DNA of 64,000 nucleotides from Camelus ferus (lineage: Eukaryota). The stretch covers positions 93,064,001 to 93,128,000 of the forward strand of contig NC_045697.1 of assembly GCF_009834535.1 (NCBI RefSeq). Reading direction: 5' to 3'. The notes under the pieces were generated by a model, which saw only the letters and a program-made list of their open reading frames with translations, was not told the origin of the DNA and did not search any database. Positions 36,111-50,800 of this stretch are shown here, piece by piece; the stretch's first letter is position 1; each line of letters opens with the position of its first letter. The translations under genes and the position numbers were made by a program.

Positions 36111-39100
36111 ATACTTACACTATCATACAATGAGGTAAGTGTTGTATAGGATTCAATTGATGGCAATAAAGGAAATCTCAGTAAAATCAACAGAGTAGAT
36201 TTTTTATATATAGAGAGGATACAATAACAGTGCTAATAATAAAGGCACATAAAGGGGTAGAATGAAAACTAGGTGTCCCCAGGTCTTGATACATGAAACT
36301 TTGAATAAAGGAAAAAGACAGAGATTCTAAAAAGCAGGCTAATTAGTCAGGGAATGCTGGGCTGCCATGACTGATAGGTTCAAGTACAGAACGCTTTACA
36401 TAATAGCAGATAATTTGTTGTTCATGTAACAGCTCAGGGTAGTCAGTGGTGGGGAGAGAAGCATATATTTCCATAGTCATTTTAGTTTTCAGGTTAAGGC
36501 CACTCAGCCATCTTCAACACAAGGCCATTTTGGATCATTGTTGTGCTGCCAGAATCAGCCAGAAGAGGGAAAGGAACAGGCCTAGAAGGCACACACATTA
36601 TTTTTGTTCCCATTCCGTTGACTAAAAATTGGTCATATTAATTAATCAACAGCTAATCGAAGTCTGGGCAACATGGTTTATTTATGTTTCCAGGAAGAAG
36701 AAAAAAAGAGATTTTTATGGTCAACAAGCAGACTTCACCTAAACAGGATAGCTTGTCAGTGTGTTGGTGATAACTTGTATAAAAATTTCTACCAGAACAC
36801 AGAGTGTTCTTGAGAAATTCCATGTTTTGTAAAATCATGCACTACAGGTACCAGGATGACCGTACATCGCAGGTTGTTCAGGATAATACTAAGTATGTTG
36901 TTCCCAGAGGCTATCTGGTTGGTTACTGTCCCTTTTCAAATTCAAGAGTGCTCAGGTTTAGATTATGAATTATAGGGCAATCCTACTTATAGAAAAAAAA
37001 TGGCATTGGGACAGACCACTCATAACTTATCCCTTAAGAAATAATAATAATCCTTACTAAAAATCTCAGCACATTACATCTCTACTAACAACATTACCCA
37101 GCACTTTAATCAGTCTGTCTACTGATGCCTTAATCCTTGGGGCTTATGCTTCCCTTTTAGCTAATATTTTAATTTACATAATTTGATATATACCTTTCCT
37201 TTGTGGTTATTTAACATTTCAAACCTAAAATAAAAAGTTTGCTCCCAAGATATAACTACTGAAAATACTTTAGCCATACTTACTGCCATCTACACCAAGT
37301 ATGTGTTAGTGTAATAGGTATCTGTAAGGATTTTTTCACTTGCAAGATGAGTAATAATTGACATGTGCGGATCAGTAAAAATATCGTAAAGACATTTCCA
37401 TGCTTTTACAAACAAAATATAAGAAGTAGGTCCTTAGACCTTTAATCCTATGGATTCTGGGCTGTCTGGAACTGGTAAGAAGGTTCACTTAATTCTGCTG
37501 CTACATTGTTTCTGAATGTGCCTCAGGTGGACTCTTTAAGGTTTTATTGGTGAGCATAGAAGGACCCAGCACTGGGAATTCACTGAACCTCCAGAATCTT
37601 TTAAGGATTATTTTTATGCCTAACTGGTAATAGTATTTCCTGGTATTGCAGAGTTCATTCTGAGACTTGCTTTCATTACACCGTATCATCTGGTAGTGGG
37701 GAGACTAATAACCTTCACATACTGCGTACAACTGAGGAGTTACTACAAAAAGACATCACATAGTTGTGAATGATCAGGTTTCAGTCAGTTTCCAAGTTCA
37801 TCAGTGTTTCGTTTTGACAAGATTTAGAGTAGAAGTTTAGGATGAGTGACTGAGTGAGTGGAAGAAAAGGTCATTTGAGATAAAAACCCAATGTATATAT
37901 TTTTTTCTCACATTGATGTTGAACTCAGGGGTGCTGGCAGGAAATAGAAAAACAATAAATAAAGTAAATCATACACAGAAACTTTTAAAGTCCAACTAGA
38001 TACAAGAAAAGGAAATGCAAGTGTGCAGATAAAAATATATCAGTGGGGTAGAGTTTGTTTTTCCTTTTGTTTTGTTTTTCTCCAAGAAAGGTGCATCTAA
38101 TAGTTTGAGAAAAGAAGTAGAAAATAAGAATATCACCTAACTCTATGAACAGTGGAGTATTAGAAAATTGAAAAGTATCATAAAAGAACTTTCCTTAAGG
38201 CTGGAGGGTAAAATATGCATATTCCAAAGAGATCTTGATATTACAGAGGAATATGATGAATATAGTGTGACTAGTGGCATTGATTGTGACTCTGTAGAGA
38301 AGACAGGAGATCTGGGTCAAAGCCAAAGAAACATAAAGTAATAAGAGGTAAAGATTGAGCACAGTCATACAGAAAATATTATGCATACCATTGGCAGTAT
38401 GCAATGTGATTACAGGTGTAATCTGAACACTACGTTTAAAATTATAACTAAAATATATTTGTTTTAAATTGAAGTACAAGAGGAATATATAGTTAGTTTA
38501 ACATATGATGTTAAGGTCATTACTGCATGTAACAATGATAGTAACATTAATTGATTTAATTTAACATATAAAGTTAATTATATAATATTACAAGATGAAC
38601 ACTTTATTTTGTTTATCTTGAAGGAGATATTTCAATGATTCAAGTTAAGAGAACATTAAGTCAGGACAAATTACCAAGGTATTATTTCAGTGATTGATGA
38701 CTGTAGTTTGGGTGTACTTAAACAGAAGAAACTTTTTAAGCATGTTGAACAATTAGTAAAAAAAAAAAAAGGAGTGTGGTTTTTGCCTCACAATAAATTT
38801 TGGGCTGGAATATAGAATATATTCCTTTAGCAATATCAAAATGGTGTATTTCCAGATATTTCCTATATTCCTTTGGCAGTGTTGGTGGTGGGGAGAGGAG
38901 AGGGCTGTGGAACACTGTTACTCTTGGAAACTGATTATGATATGTTATCTTTTTATGCATTGCTGTACTCAGTTTTCTAGTATTTTAAATAGTTTAGGAT
39001 TCTAGCATCTCATTCTTATCTGTGAATGAGATTAACCTATAACTTATTTTTCTCATATCATTCTTGACTTGCTTTGTTTATCAAATACAGTAAGTTAAAA

Positions 39101-40079
39101 TGTGTTTGGAGTTGTTCCTATTGCTAACTTGCTATCCTCTGCAGGAATTTACATAAGGTTGGTATTTGGCTTTATTTGAAACAATCTTATTAGCATCTCA
39201 GCTTAATATTTTTTTAGTGCAAAGATTTTAATTTGCATTAAAGGCATATTAATAGGCACATTCTCTATATGTTTTAGAGTGTGTGTAGGTAATACATATA
39301 TAATAATAAGTTAAATATATTATATTTCCTCTAAAATTTCAAGTTTATTGTCATCAAGATTTTTTTAAAAATTGTTATTATCTTATTGCAGTTTAATCTC
39401 TGCAGCTTTCATGGTTATTTTATTCCACAATTCTAATATTGTTATTTAAGCCTTCTATCTTTCTATTCCTTATTAATCTTGACAAAGATTTGTCTATGTA
39501 ATTAACTTTTTAGGAACCACTTTTTAATTTGCTTGCTCCTCTCTCTTATTTAATTATTTTGGTATGATTTTCATGTTATTGTACAATTATTGTACTATTT
39601 TTGGCTTTATTATGCTGTTCTTTTTTCTAACTTCCTATATTAAGTTTTGGCTGCTTTAGTTTGAACCATTCTAGTTTTCTTTTGCACCATTTCAAATCTA
39701 AATATACCTTTTAACTACTATTTCAGCTGAATTATATGTATATGTATGTATATACATGTGTGTGTATAATTTTATTGGTTCAAAATATTTCTATTCTATA
39801 AAATGAGATTTTTAAAGAGATTAACTGTTTAAAACTACTTTTAAATCTATGTGTATATAATTTTCAAGTTATCTTTTTATAATTGATTCTAATTTAATGG
39901 CAAGGTGATAGAAATGTGTCATGTATAAGAGAACATTTTTTTAAAAAAAGTATTTGAGGCTAGATCATGATAATTTTTCATAAGTGATCCAAATGCTCAT
40001 TAAAATGGAATTATTCTTCAATTTGGTGGTGCAATGTCCCATATTTTTTATTAAACTAACTTGTTAATTTTTTTAAAAT

Positions 40080-40770
40080 CAGCTGGGGTAAACTAGATGG
40101 TGTTATGGAACATGGAGAGTTTACCATATGCCCATGATTGAGCTCACTGATAAGTAGTTTGACTGCAAATCTGGAGCCATTGTTGGATGTAATGTGCTCA
40201 GGAAACCTAAAACGGAATCTGATATGGTCTTGCAGGGCCTGGATAATGTGTCCTGAGACAGCAGAACACATTCAGATCGCTAAACCAAACCCAAAGAAAG
40301 TGTCAAGTGCGGTCAGAATCCGGGGGGGTTTCTGGATGGAATGAGAGGCCAATGTGCTCTATTTGCCAAGAACTCCTTGGCCTGGTAGGCAGTAATTTTA
40401 ATCTTGAGCAGGAATCTGGCTGGTGGAAAAGCTTTATAATGATGTTTTGGTTTCTCCAGAGTGAGTGGTAGGCTTGCCTAGAACCTCAGGTTAGAATGGT
40501 GTCTGAATTTCCATAAGCCATCCTCTCAAGTATCCAGAAGACAAATTTTATACATTTGTCTCCACAGGGAAGCTTGTTTTATATACAAGTCTAAGGCTAA
40601 CCAGTATCCTGAACAAATGCCGTGACAATTTGCCAAAGCCCAAGTGTCAAAGAATATGTAGCATGGCTCATTAGCTGGGGAGGCCTGGATAGCCATCTGT
40701 ATCACATTATGCTTTGACCATTCTTTTTTGGAGACAAGGGTATTAGATGCTGGAAATCAGTTCTTTGTTT
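40080..40770 (-). mobile_element. ERV-L integrase fragment
   Basis: ORF 40056-40271 HIIQALQDHIRFRFRFPEHITSNNGSRF resembles ERV-L IN (TIHGL...RHGIPHSIASDQGTHF). Confidence 0.8.
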
Positions 40771-41149
40771 TATTGGGATAGTTCACACTGCTATGTCTTC
40801 TAGTTCACTCATTATTTCTTCTGTAACCTGTAACCTATTTTTAATCCTATATGGTATATTTTTCATCTCTGAAATTATGGCTTTTGATTTCTGTGCTTTC
40901 TATTTGAGTTTTTATATTTTTCTTATCTCCATTTAACATGTTCAATCTTACCTATAGTTTTTTGAACATATGTAATATATTTATAATTACTTTTAATTTT
41001 CTCCTTGATAATTCTAACATCTGTGGCAGTTCTAGCATAGTTTTTTTTATCAGAGTTTTTTTAAGGTATACTTGATATACAACTTTATACTAGTTTCAGC
41101 TTTGATAGATTTGATTGATTTTTCTCATCATAATGAGCTATATTTTCCT

Positions 41150-41830
41150 ATAAGTTGGTAAAGGCAAATAACTTGGACAGATACCACACTAAATTATACA
41201 CATTTTCATATATATAAAATCATCTATTATCTATATATGTATGTGTAAAAATAAGACCATAAGATGTTCAACATCATTTCAATTAATGCAAGTTAAGATT
41301 ATAAACTGTCACTATGCAACTGTTAAAATAGCTCAAAATTAAAAATAAAAAAATCTGATCAAACCAAGTGTTGGCAAGGATGCTGAGAAACCTGAACTCA
41401 CACACTGCTTGTGGGGATGTAAAATGCTACAATGCTTTAGAAATCACTTTGATAGATTGTTAAAATACATATATACATCTAGCATATAGCCCAGCCATTC
41501 CTTTCCTAGGTATTTATACAAGAGATATGAAAGCATATGTCCATGCAAAGACTTGTATATAAATGTTTGTAACTGACTTTTTGTAATAGCCAAAATATGG
41601 ACACAAATCAAATGTCCACCAACAGGATGAACAAATTGTGACATATCCACACAATGGAATGCTGATCAGCAATGTCAGTGAAAGTACTGTTGATATCTGT
41701 AATGACACAGAGAAATCTCAAAATTATTATGTTGAGTGAAAGAAGCTGTACAAAAAGGAGTACATATTAAAGATTCCACGTGTATAAAATTCTAACAACA
41801 CAAACTAATATAATGACAAAAATCTCTCCA
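41150..41830 (+). mobile_element. Old L1 ORF2 3' end
   Basis: ccaagtgttggcaaggatgctgagaa...cccagccattcctttcctaggtattta. Confidence 0.88.
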
Positions 41831-43564
41831 TAGTTCTAGTAATTAGGACATAGACATCAGGACAAGGGATATTATTCTGTCTATTTTATCAGTCATATGA
41901 AAGCAATCATTGTTTACATTTCAAACATATACTTTGAGAATTTAGTTTTTATCAAAATAGATTCCTTTGAGTAGCAAATAATCTCAGAAATAGTAGCATT
42001 GACATACAGTACTAACTAAAAGGGAAATGACTACTGTTTATTAATTCTTGGTCATATTTTTTTCTACATTTTTATTTTATGATTTATGACAGCATTTGAG
42101 TTTTCTATGTCTTTCAAATGTTCACTTTATTTGGAGTGGGGTGAGTAGGAAGCTGCAATATTAAAACAGTTCAAAATAGTAGTAAATAATGACAGTTACA
42201 TATTCCAAAGAACATGGAATTATTACAGTCCTTAAATGATACTTTCTTGTAATATGCTTTTCAATTTTTAGAGGCAAGTTAATATGAGCAATTTGTTATT
42301 ATGGCATTGTGTGCTTTGAATGCTTGACTGCTGAAATGTGTAAATTCTATTTCTGTTTACTTCAATAACCTGTTATAAATCAAATTTATCTTTTTCCAAG
42401 CTTCTTTAGAAGAATGAGGAGGGAGGAACATCAAGACATAAAACCACATTAAGTAAATTAGTTGTATTTAGCAGGTTTAAATATTTTACATTCTGTTCGT
42501 AGTGAAATATAAAAATATATGCAAGACCTTTATACATTTTATAGGAACAAATCACTATAAATTCAACTTAACTGCACTTTGTAAAGAACATTAACTTTAT
42601 AATTTAACTTTTTGTTAGTTTATTTTTTAAACAATTAAGTTAAACATTTTTGGATTTTTTTTTTCGAATCCTTAAGTATGGTCTGACATGATTTGTACTT
42701 TCTTTTTCTATTCCCCATAAAGCTTTTCCCATCTCCCTAAAACAAGACCTTGAACATTATCTCACTAAAGAACTATGGTCAACAATTTGCAGCACAGTAA
42801 TCATGTCAACCTGAAAATGTGTAAGTATTTCTCATGTGTAACAAGCTAAATTTAATTAAAAAGTAAACAAAGAACTGGGAGTTATTCAAAAACAAGACTA
42901 ATCACATGAAACTGAGTGGGGTTTTCATTAGGAGTGGTGGCAATCAGAATTGTGAAGGATAAAGAAGGGAGCTTCTCGTTGGCATTATTGCAGAGGTTAG
43001 GATTTCAAATTACAAAATGCTTGCCAAACCTAGGAAGTAGGCATTTTTTCAAAAAGTGTTTTCTGAGGACTTAACAGCCAGAAAAAACTAGATTGGCACT
43101 TAGAAATATTTCAAGGCTTTGACCAGATGCTGCAGGAGTGGAGTGGATCGAGTAATAAAACTACACGTACATAGAAATTCATCAGCTGGTTCCTAAGTAC
43201 AACATTGTTTAAAAGTACAGAATGATTCCGGGGGATAATTTTTGAAAATTTACTTGTGTTCTTTATCTTAAATTCAAGGAGAGGGTATGTACAGTATCTG
43301 AAGTTGATAATTCTGTTTTAAATACTCTTGAGTTAACCATAGACACTATCATGGGTAGAGGTAGCCCCAGCCCTGGCTTGAGACTGGGGTTTAAAGTTAA
43401 AATCCCTCTTTTCTCTTAGGGACCAATCTTCTAATCACCACTACCTTGTTTTATTGCTTGAATTGCAGCAAGCTCTCAGCTTTAGCTCTGCTCAGTATTT
43501 TGCTTTTCTATCCTATTTCTAGTCTATGAATATGATTATCTTGTATTTGAGCTTAATCCTACTT

Positions 43565-44830
43565 TTTGAGTATTAACATAAATTGTATTTTGTTTTTAAT
43601 TGTAAATTCCATTTGTTCATTGCTGGTATACAGGAAACGGACTGGGATTTTCTGTACAGATCATCATGTCATCTGTGGACAAAGACAGTTTTATTCCTCC
43701 TTCCCAATCTGTAACCCTTATCGTATATCTAATAAGGGGCTAATATACAAAACACACAAAGAACTCCTACAACTCAGTTACAGCAACAACAACAAAGCAA
43801 TCCAGTTAAAAAATGGGAAGAGGAACTAAATGGACATTTTTTTAAAGAAGACATACAAATTGCCACCAGGTACACGAAAAGACGCTCAGTACTACTAATC
43901 ATCAGGGAAATGCGGATCAAAACCTCAATGAGGTAGCACCTCACACCTGTTAGAATGACTATCCAGAAGACAAGAGATAAGTGTTGGTGAGGATGTGGAG
44001 AAAAGGGAACCTTGTTTGTGGGTATGTACATTGGCGTAGCCACTATGGAAAACAGCATGAAAATTCTCAAAATATAAAACAAAGTTGAACTACAATAAAA
44101 TCCAGCAATCCCATTTATGATTATATATACAAACGAGTTGAAATCTGTGTATGGAAGAGATAGCTGCCTTTCCACGTTAACGGCAGCATTATTCTCAGTA
44201 CCCTAGACAGAGACTATGGCCTTAAATACCCACTGAAAATGAATGAATAAAGCAAATGTGATATTTACATAGAATGGAATATTATTCAGCCATTAAAAAT
44301 AAGGAAATCCTGTTATTTGTGACAACAACATTAATTAGTCTGGAGGACAACATGCTAAATAAAATAAGCCAGACACAGAAGGACAAATACCACCTTATAT
44401 CACTTTTATGATGAGTCTAAAACAGTCAAACTTATAGAAGCAAAGAGTAGAATGGTGGTTCCAAGGGGTTGGTGGGAGGACAAAGCAGGCAGGGATTAGT
44501 CAAAGGCTATAGATTTTAGTTACATAAAATGAATACGTTCTAGGGATCTATTGTACATCATAGAACTTAAAGTTAACAATATTGTATCCTAAAATTTTTC
44601 TAAGAGGATAAATCTCATCACAAAATGTTCTTATCACCAAAAATAATGATAGCAATAAATAAAGAGGGTGAGTGGAAACTTTTGGAAGTGATGGATATGT
44701 TTATGGCATAGAATGTGGTGATGGTTTCATTGGTGTACACTTATTCCCAAACTCATTACATTGTATATAGTAAATGTACCCAACTTTCTATACCTTAATG
44801 ATACTTCAATAAAGTGTGTTTTTTTAAAGA
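43565..44830 (+). mobile_element. L1 3' portion with an inverted 5' ORF2 piece (43565-43718 antisense)
   Basis: Antisense ORF2 (atcatgtcatctgtggacaaagacagttt) abuts the sense ORF2 tail and 3'UTR ending aataaa. Confidence 0.85.
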
Positions 44831-45609
44831 ATAAATTTGCAGGTAGAAATTTTATAGCCCGTCACCAATATACAAAGACAGGAAACAAAAACAATCATAT
44901 TGAGAAATGCTCGTGTCAGTGAAAAGGACATGAGATGAGCTCATAATTATGTTTTCTTTAATATTAAATCTTAACTCCCAAATTGCCTTTTTTGTATTTG
45001 TCCTTGAAGTAGGCAGACCACTGGCTAGCTAATATGTATTTTCTACATGGACAAAGAAGTGGTACAGATATCTCAACTTGGTAATTTTTTTAAATTCAAG
45101 ATATCCCAGATATGATAGTAGTAATGTAAATGATCTGCTATACTAAATGATTCTGCTTTTGCAATTTGGTATGTGTGATGTAGCGTTAAATCTAGGCAAT
45201 AGTGGTTACAGAGTAACTTTATACTAGAAATGGTGTTTATTAAACTGCTGCTGTTTATTACAATAATGCTGCTTTTTGATTACAAACTATTAAGTTCTGA
45301 TTTCCTTTTTACTCTTTTAAGCAGTAACACTCACTTTAAACAACATTTTCATCCCCAGAGACTACATTAATTTTTCTTCCAATAATAGTGATGATCATTT
45401 TTTCACTTGAGCGAAACTTTACTTCTAAATTCATTTGGAGGAAAATCACTCACATTACACACTTAACGCCAGACGGTATGTCTGTATAAGCAAGCTGCTT
45501 CACATGGATCCCCTTGTTTAACTCAGCCGTGTAAAGTCTGCGATGAGCTCTAGTCGTGGCGTAACATTTCATGGAAAAATCAAAACCTATTCAGCCTGGA
45601 CTTGACTTT

Positions 45610-45995
45610 AGGGATGCATACAAGCATTTGTGCTCTGTTTCTGAACACATGGCAATGTTATATGTTCCTACTCCTTTGAAGTTAGTTGTAGGCACGTGGC
45701 ACTTTGGATAATGAAGAATTTGCAGAATTGGTGATTGTTATTTCAGAGCAAACCTGTAAAAGCCACTGTACTATTTGTTGTTATGCCTTTTCCCGCCAAG
45801 GTGAGAACGTAAGGATGCATGGGGACGGAGCCTCTATCAGCCGAGATCTCTGAGGACAACCACAAGCATTTGCCCCAAATCCATACTGGACATATCACAT
45901 GGTTAAGAAATAAGCTTTTATCTATTTTGTGACACAGTGATATTGGAGTTGTTTATAAATGGAGCAAAATCTAGTCTCTCTTGAATTGTATACTA
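45610..45995 (+). mobile_element. MLT1J-like LTR
   Basis: cctttgaagttagttgtaggcacgtggc...gaaataagctttta...ggagttgtttata. Confidence 0.7.
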
Positions 45996-47148
45996 CCAAA
46001 AGCTCCCACTCTTCCACTCCTAAAAGCATATAGCTGTAGACGATATACATATAAATATAGCAATGAATATAAATGTAGACGGAGTTTGGGAACTTCTCAA
46101 CAGCTTTGTTTTACCTGACCACACTTTTTAAGTGCTAGTTCATTCGGGGGGCTTAATTTATTCAAAATATGTGAATAGGTTTTAGAGAATTGAAATAATT
46201 TTCTATAACTTTCTCTCAGTTCCAAGCCACGATGATGAATGCTGCATATGGGGAAAGTTAAATAATTTCTATCAAAATTTTACACTTGATGAAGGCATAA
46301 CATAAACAGTAGTACCCCAAACATATATAAATAATGAACAAAGTAGGAGGAAGAGAAGCATAGATGAGCTGCATAGATGTCAAAAATCGAGAGGCAACCT
46401 GAAGCTGGAGTAAGGAATAGACGGTAAATGCCCAGATTGCAAGCCTGTGGAAGGGTGGGGAGCAGGAAGTTACCTGCTACGTAAAGCAAAGGAAACTGTT
46501 GGGACAAAGCCCTCTGGTTCATAAATTAGGACTAGGAAAGTTCTACTCACCAGCCTTGAGATGTATTTTAGAAATAGGTTGCCCATTTGTAGATTAACAC
46601 ACAAGATTTATGAAGTCCTTTCTGCACGAGTAGGGTAACAAAATTTGCACTGTGTGTGTATACTAAAACTCCAGGTCAGTAAACCAACACAAAAACTGGT
46701 CTTGAACCAACAAATGACAGACAGCACAGACTGAAATAAATGCTAAATTACTCCACAGGGTTTCATCCACAGTCATCATGTGAAGGACTCTTACAAGTCA
46801 TGCTGATGGTCTATCAAACACAAACATTCACACCCAGATATTAGAAAATCCTCTAATATGTGGTTTATTCAGAAGATGAAATAAAAAAGATAATTGTATT
46901 AAAGTAAATGTAAATAATATAAGAATAGGGGATTATAAAACTAGATAATTTTTTCCTAAGGAACAGATCCATAAAATAAGAATATATCTTAAATAGATAG
47001 TAATGAAAAATAGAAAAGGCATACTTAGAAATCATCCAGATTGATAATCTAGAAATATTTTAAAAAATCAAAATAAAATAAGCATTCAATAAATAGGCAA
47101 AAATTGACTAGCATACCTAAAAAAAGAAGTGGGTGATTAAAAGTTAGC

Positions 47149-47793
47149 TGTAAATCTGCAGACTATGTCTCTTGGCTGAAAACTTATGTATGATTTTACA
47201 TGACCAACTATAGATACTTTCCAAAACCTTATCTGTCAGGCCTTGCAGGGGACAGCTGCCCTCCCTACACCAGACCTGAGGCACAGCCAGTACATTGCTG
47301 TCTCGAAGGGGAGTTGCAGTCAATCACATTTGCATTCCTAGTCCAGGCACCTTCATTCCTAGGTTTCTTTATCTGAGGTCTCCTGTGAGGTGTTGTTCCG
47401 GTGCCTCTGCCAAGGGTTTCTGCAGGGGGATGAGAGGAAAGCTGGAAGACACTTGCCCCCCATCAGGCTTAGGGCTCAGAACTTTGCACTCCTAGCCGCG
47501 CCCCTTGATTTTTCCTGGCCTCCTCATCCTCACCCCCTGGAGGAGCTATTTGTCAGGGCTGACTTGGCAGTGAGACAAGACTCACATCTTTCCTGATCCA
47601 CCTGACCATGGGCTGCTCCTGGGGAAACAGACAAGCGGGAGTCGGCATTTTCTCTTCTTTAGCCTCTTGTTTATACCATTGCAGTAAATGATTTCAGGCT
47701 TCCCTGTTATTTTCATTTGGGGTTTGTTTTAATCTGTTATTCAGAAACCTGGCAGCTCAGCTCTTCATCTCCAGCTTCGCTGAGCTCCTGACA
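47149..47793 (+). mobile_element. LTR nested in old L1 5'/ORF1 sequence
   Basis: GC-rich block of about 640 bp ending gagctcctgaca within A-rich L1; left end approximate. Confidence 0.65.
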
Positions 47794-48194
47794 AAGTCAA
47801 CAGCACAAGGGGCGACATGATGGTGTATTAAAATGGCAAAGACAAAAAACAAGGTCAGAAATAGGAAGAATGAAATGAAAAAAGTTCAAAATGCATCGAA
47901 TGAGTCTATAGTGGGATCGAGAGTGATAAGCAACAAAAATCACTGGCTCTTTGAAAAGGCAAATAAATATATCACTGGCAAAACTGAACAAAATTTGCAA
48001 AAACAAAGAAGAATTAAATGATGCTAGAAATGTAAAAGAGGACATGAATAGATTAGATTGGTGGAATTCAACAAAAATTAAGAATAATTAAGATTAAAAC
48101 TAAAAATAATTTATGCCAATAATTTTGATAATATAAGTGAAAAGGGTAAATAATATCTAAATTATTCAGAATATTCCAGATGACAGAAAGAGAT

Positions 48195-48710
48195 GAATAC
48201 CATAGGCAGAATTTTAAGATGACGCCACATCCCTTGGTGTAGAGGCTCTATATAATTCTTATAATTTGACCTAACAGGCAAGTACTTTAAAAAAATGTCT
48301 AAAGGGATATAAGCAGAAGTCACAAGATTTGAAACCACAGCAGCCATCTCCTGTTGACCTTGAAGACACAAACTATCGTGCTGTGGAGGGGAAGGCAGGG
48401 CAGCGATCTGTGGGCAGCTTCTAGTAGCTGAAAATAGTCCCAACTGACAGCTAGCCAAAATATTGTGACCTCAGTTCTATAACCTCAAGATACTAAATTC
48501 TGCCAAGAGCTTTAATGAGCTGGGAAAAAGAACTCAAGCCTCTGGTGAGATTGCAGACCTGGCCAACACCAGAATTCTAGACTGGCCAGTGACCAAATTA
48601 ACTCAAACCTGGGCTCCTGACCCACAGAAACCGTGACATAATAAATGGACATTGTTTTCCAACAATAGCTTTGTGGTAATTTATTACAAATCAACAGAAA
48701 ACCAATAAAA
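48195..48710 (+). mobile_element. MLT1 LTR
   Basis: ggcagaattttaagatgac...cctgacccacagaaaccgtga...tgtggtaatttattaca. Confidence 0.8.
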
Positions 48711-50419
48711 TAATATCACCAATTAATTCTATGAAGTCAGTAAAGCCTCATTGCTAAAAGATATGCATATATTTAAATAGAAGGGAAAAAAATCAGTTAA
48801 ACCTATTGCATAATGACTCTGAAATCTTAAAGTAGCAATATAGTTGGACTTTATTCATGAAATAAATTTCATAGTATAAAAATGAGTTGTGTATACATGA
48901 AATACACATTACAAAAACTTTAAAAATATTTGCCTTATATGTAATATTTTATCATTTTTATTTGATGGTAAATAATCAGGTTCTCAAAGTGTAAATTATA
49001 TTAATTTAGAATGAAGATAAAATTGCCAATTATTTTTAATGTTAATGACACAATTTTTGAGTTAAAACTTCCAATTATATTTTGTAAAATTTTCTTAATA
49101 GACGTTTCCATCACATCTATGATTTTAATAGTGGTAAACTAATTGTCTAAATATGTAGTGTGTTCTTGGTATTGATTTTTGACAAATAAAGATAAAATAT
49201 AGATAATTATTGGTAAGTTCAATAATGGCTAAGGCATATAAAGAATTTACTGTATGCCAATCATTGTCCTACACTTCTTTAAACAATGTATTTAATTTTC
49301 ACAACGGCTTCATATCATGAGGAGTGTTATTATCATCGTATTATTATCTTTAAGAGATTAGCATCTTTCCCAATATTACTCAGCTGCTAAGTGTTAGAGC
49401 TGGTGTTTGAACTGAGGCACTCAGATTCTAAATCCACATCATTAAAAATTATGCTACTGCTAAATTTGAAAAATAAAAGGATTGAGATGAAGGTAAAATC
49501 TATTCCATACCTATACCTATGTATTAGGGTTGGGGATACCAGTCACTGTGATAAATTTAACATATTTTGCATTGTAGAAACTTATTTTAAAAATCTATAT
49601 AGCAACAGCCTACAAACAGAATTAACAAAATCAAAATATACATGACAGGCTTGGAGAAAATATGACCAAATGTGATATAAAAATATGCACAGAAATACTA
49701 ATCATTCATAAGAGCAAGACAAGTGAGACAAGAAAATCAAGAACAACAAATCAGAGGGCAAATATAAATGAACATTTCACAGAAAAGGGATTTTAGTTGA
49801 GTAGTAAACATATAAAGTTATTCTTAACCCTGCTGGAAGTCAAGGAAGTAACTGCTAATACAATAAAATCTTATAATCATCATATTGTCAATAAAACAAA
49901 ATTTTACAAGATTCAGCATTGTTGAAGGCATAGAGAAATAATTATAGAAATAATTATATTTTATTTCCCTGACGTTGATATTAACCAGCCTTTTTCAAAC
50001 AGAATTTGGCATTTTTACAAAGCATTTAAAAATTTAAGCATCTTTTTATTTGCTTAAAAATGGATGCCCATGAAAACAAATGTGTTATCTTTAAGGCTAG
50101 CATGTTATTATACTAAGATTATAAAGTGGAAAACAACTTACAGAAGATCACTGAATAAAATACGAACTTTTATGCAGTTATCTGAGCATTAAATTAAGAT
50201 TATAGCCTAAGTTGGATAGTTAGTTCTTAGATTTCTAAAATGAACATAAAAAAATTGTCACCTCTATTTCTACCTTCGTACATTTAAAATTTGGAGTACA
50301 AGCAAATATTAATTTATAATCATATTATACATCACATTTGGAAGCTAGCTATCTTCCATCTTAGAACACTTAGAAGTGTGTAAAACAAAACACACTTAAT
50401 TACCATAAATTCTTTTTCA

Positions 50420-50800
50420 GACAAGTCAGGATTCCAATACTCATGAATACAGAGAACAGATTGCCAGAGAAGTGGGTGTGTGGTGGCGGGTGGCTGTAAT
50501 GAGTGAAGGGGGTCAAAAGGTACAAACTTTCAGTTTGAAGATAAATAAATTCTGAGGATCTAATGTACAGCATGGCGGCTATAGTTAATAATACTCTACT
50601 ATATATTTGAAAGTTGCTAAAAGAATACATCTTAAAAGTTCTCATCACGAGAGAAAAACAAAACTATGTGGTGATGGGTGTGAACTAAACTGACTGTGGT
50701 AATCGTTTTACAGTATATACATACATTGAATCATTATGTTGCACAATACTTACAGTGAATACAATGTTATATGTCAGTTATGTCTCAATTTTTCAAAAGT
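50420..50800 (+). mobile_element. L1 3'UTR
   Basis: ggtacaaactttcagtt...gatctaatgtacagcatgg...gttgctaaaaga. Confidence 0.88.
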
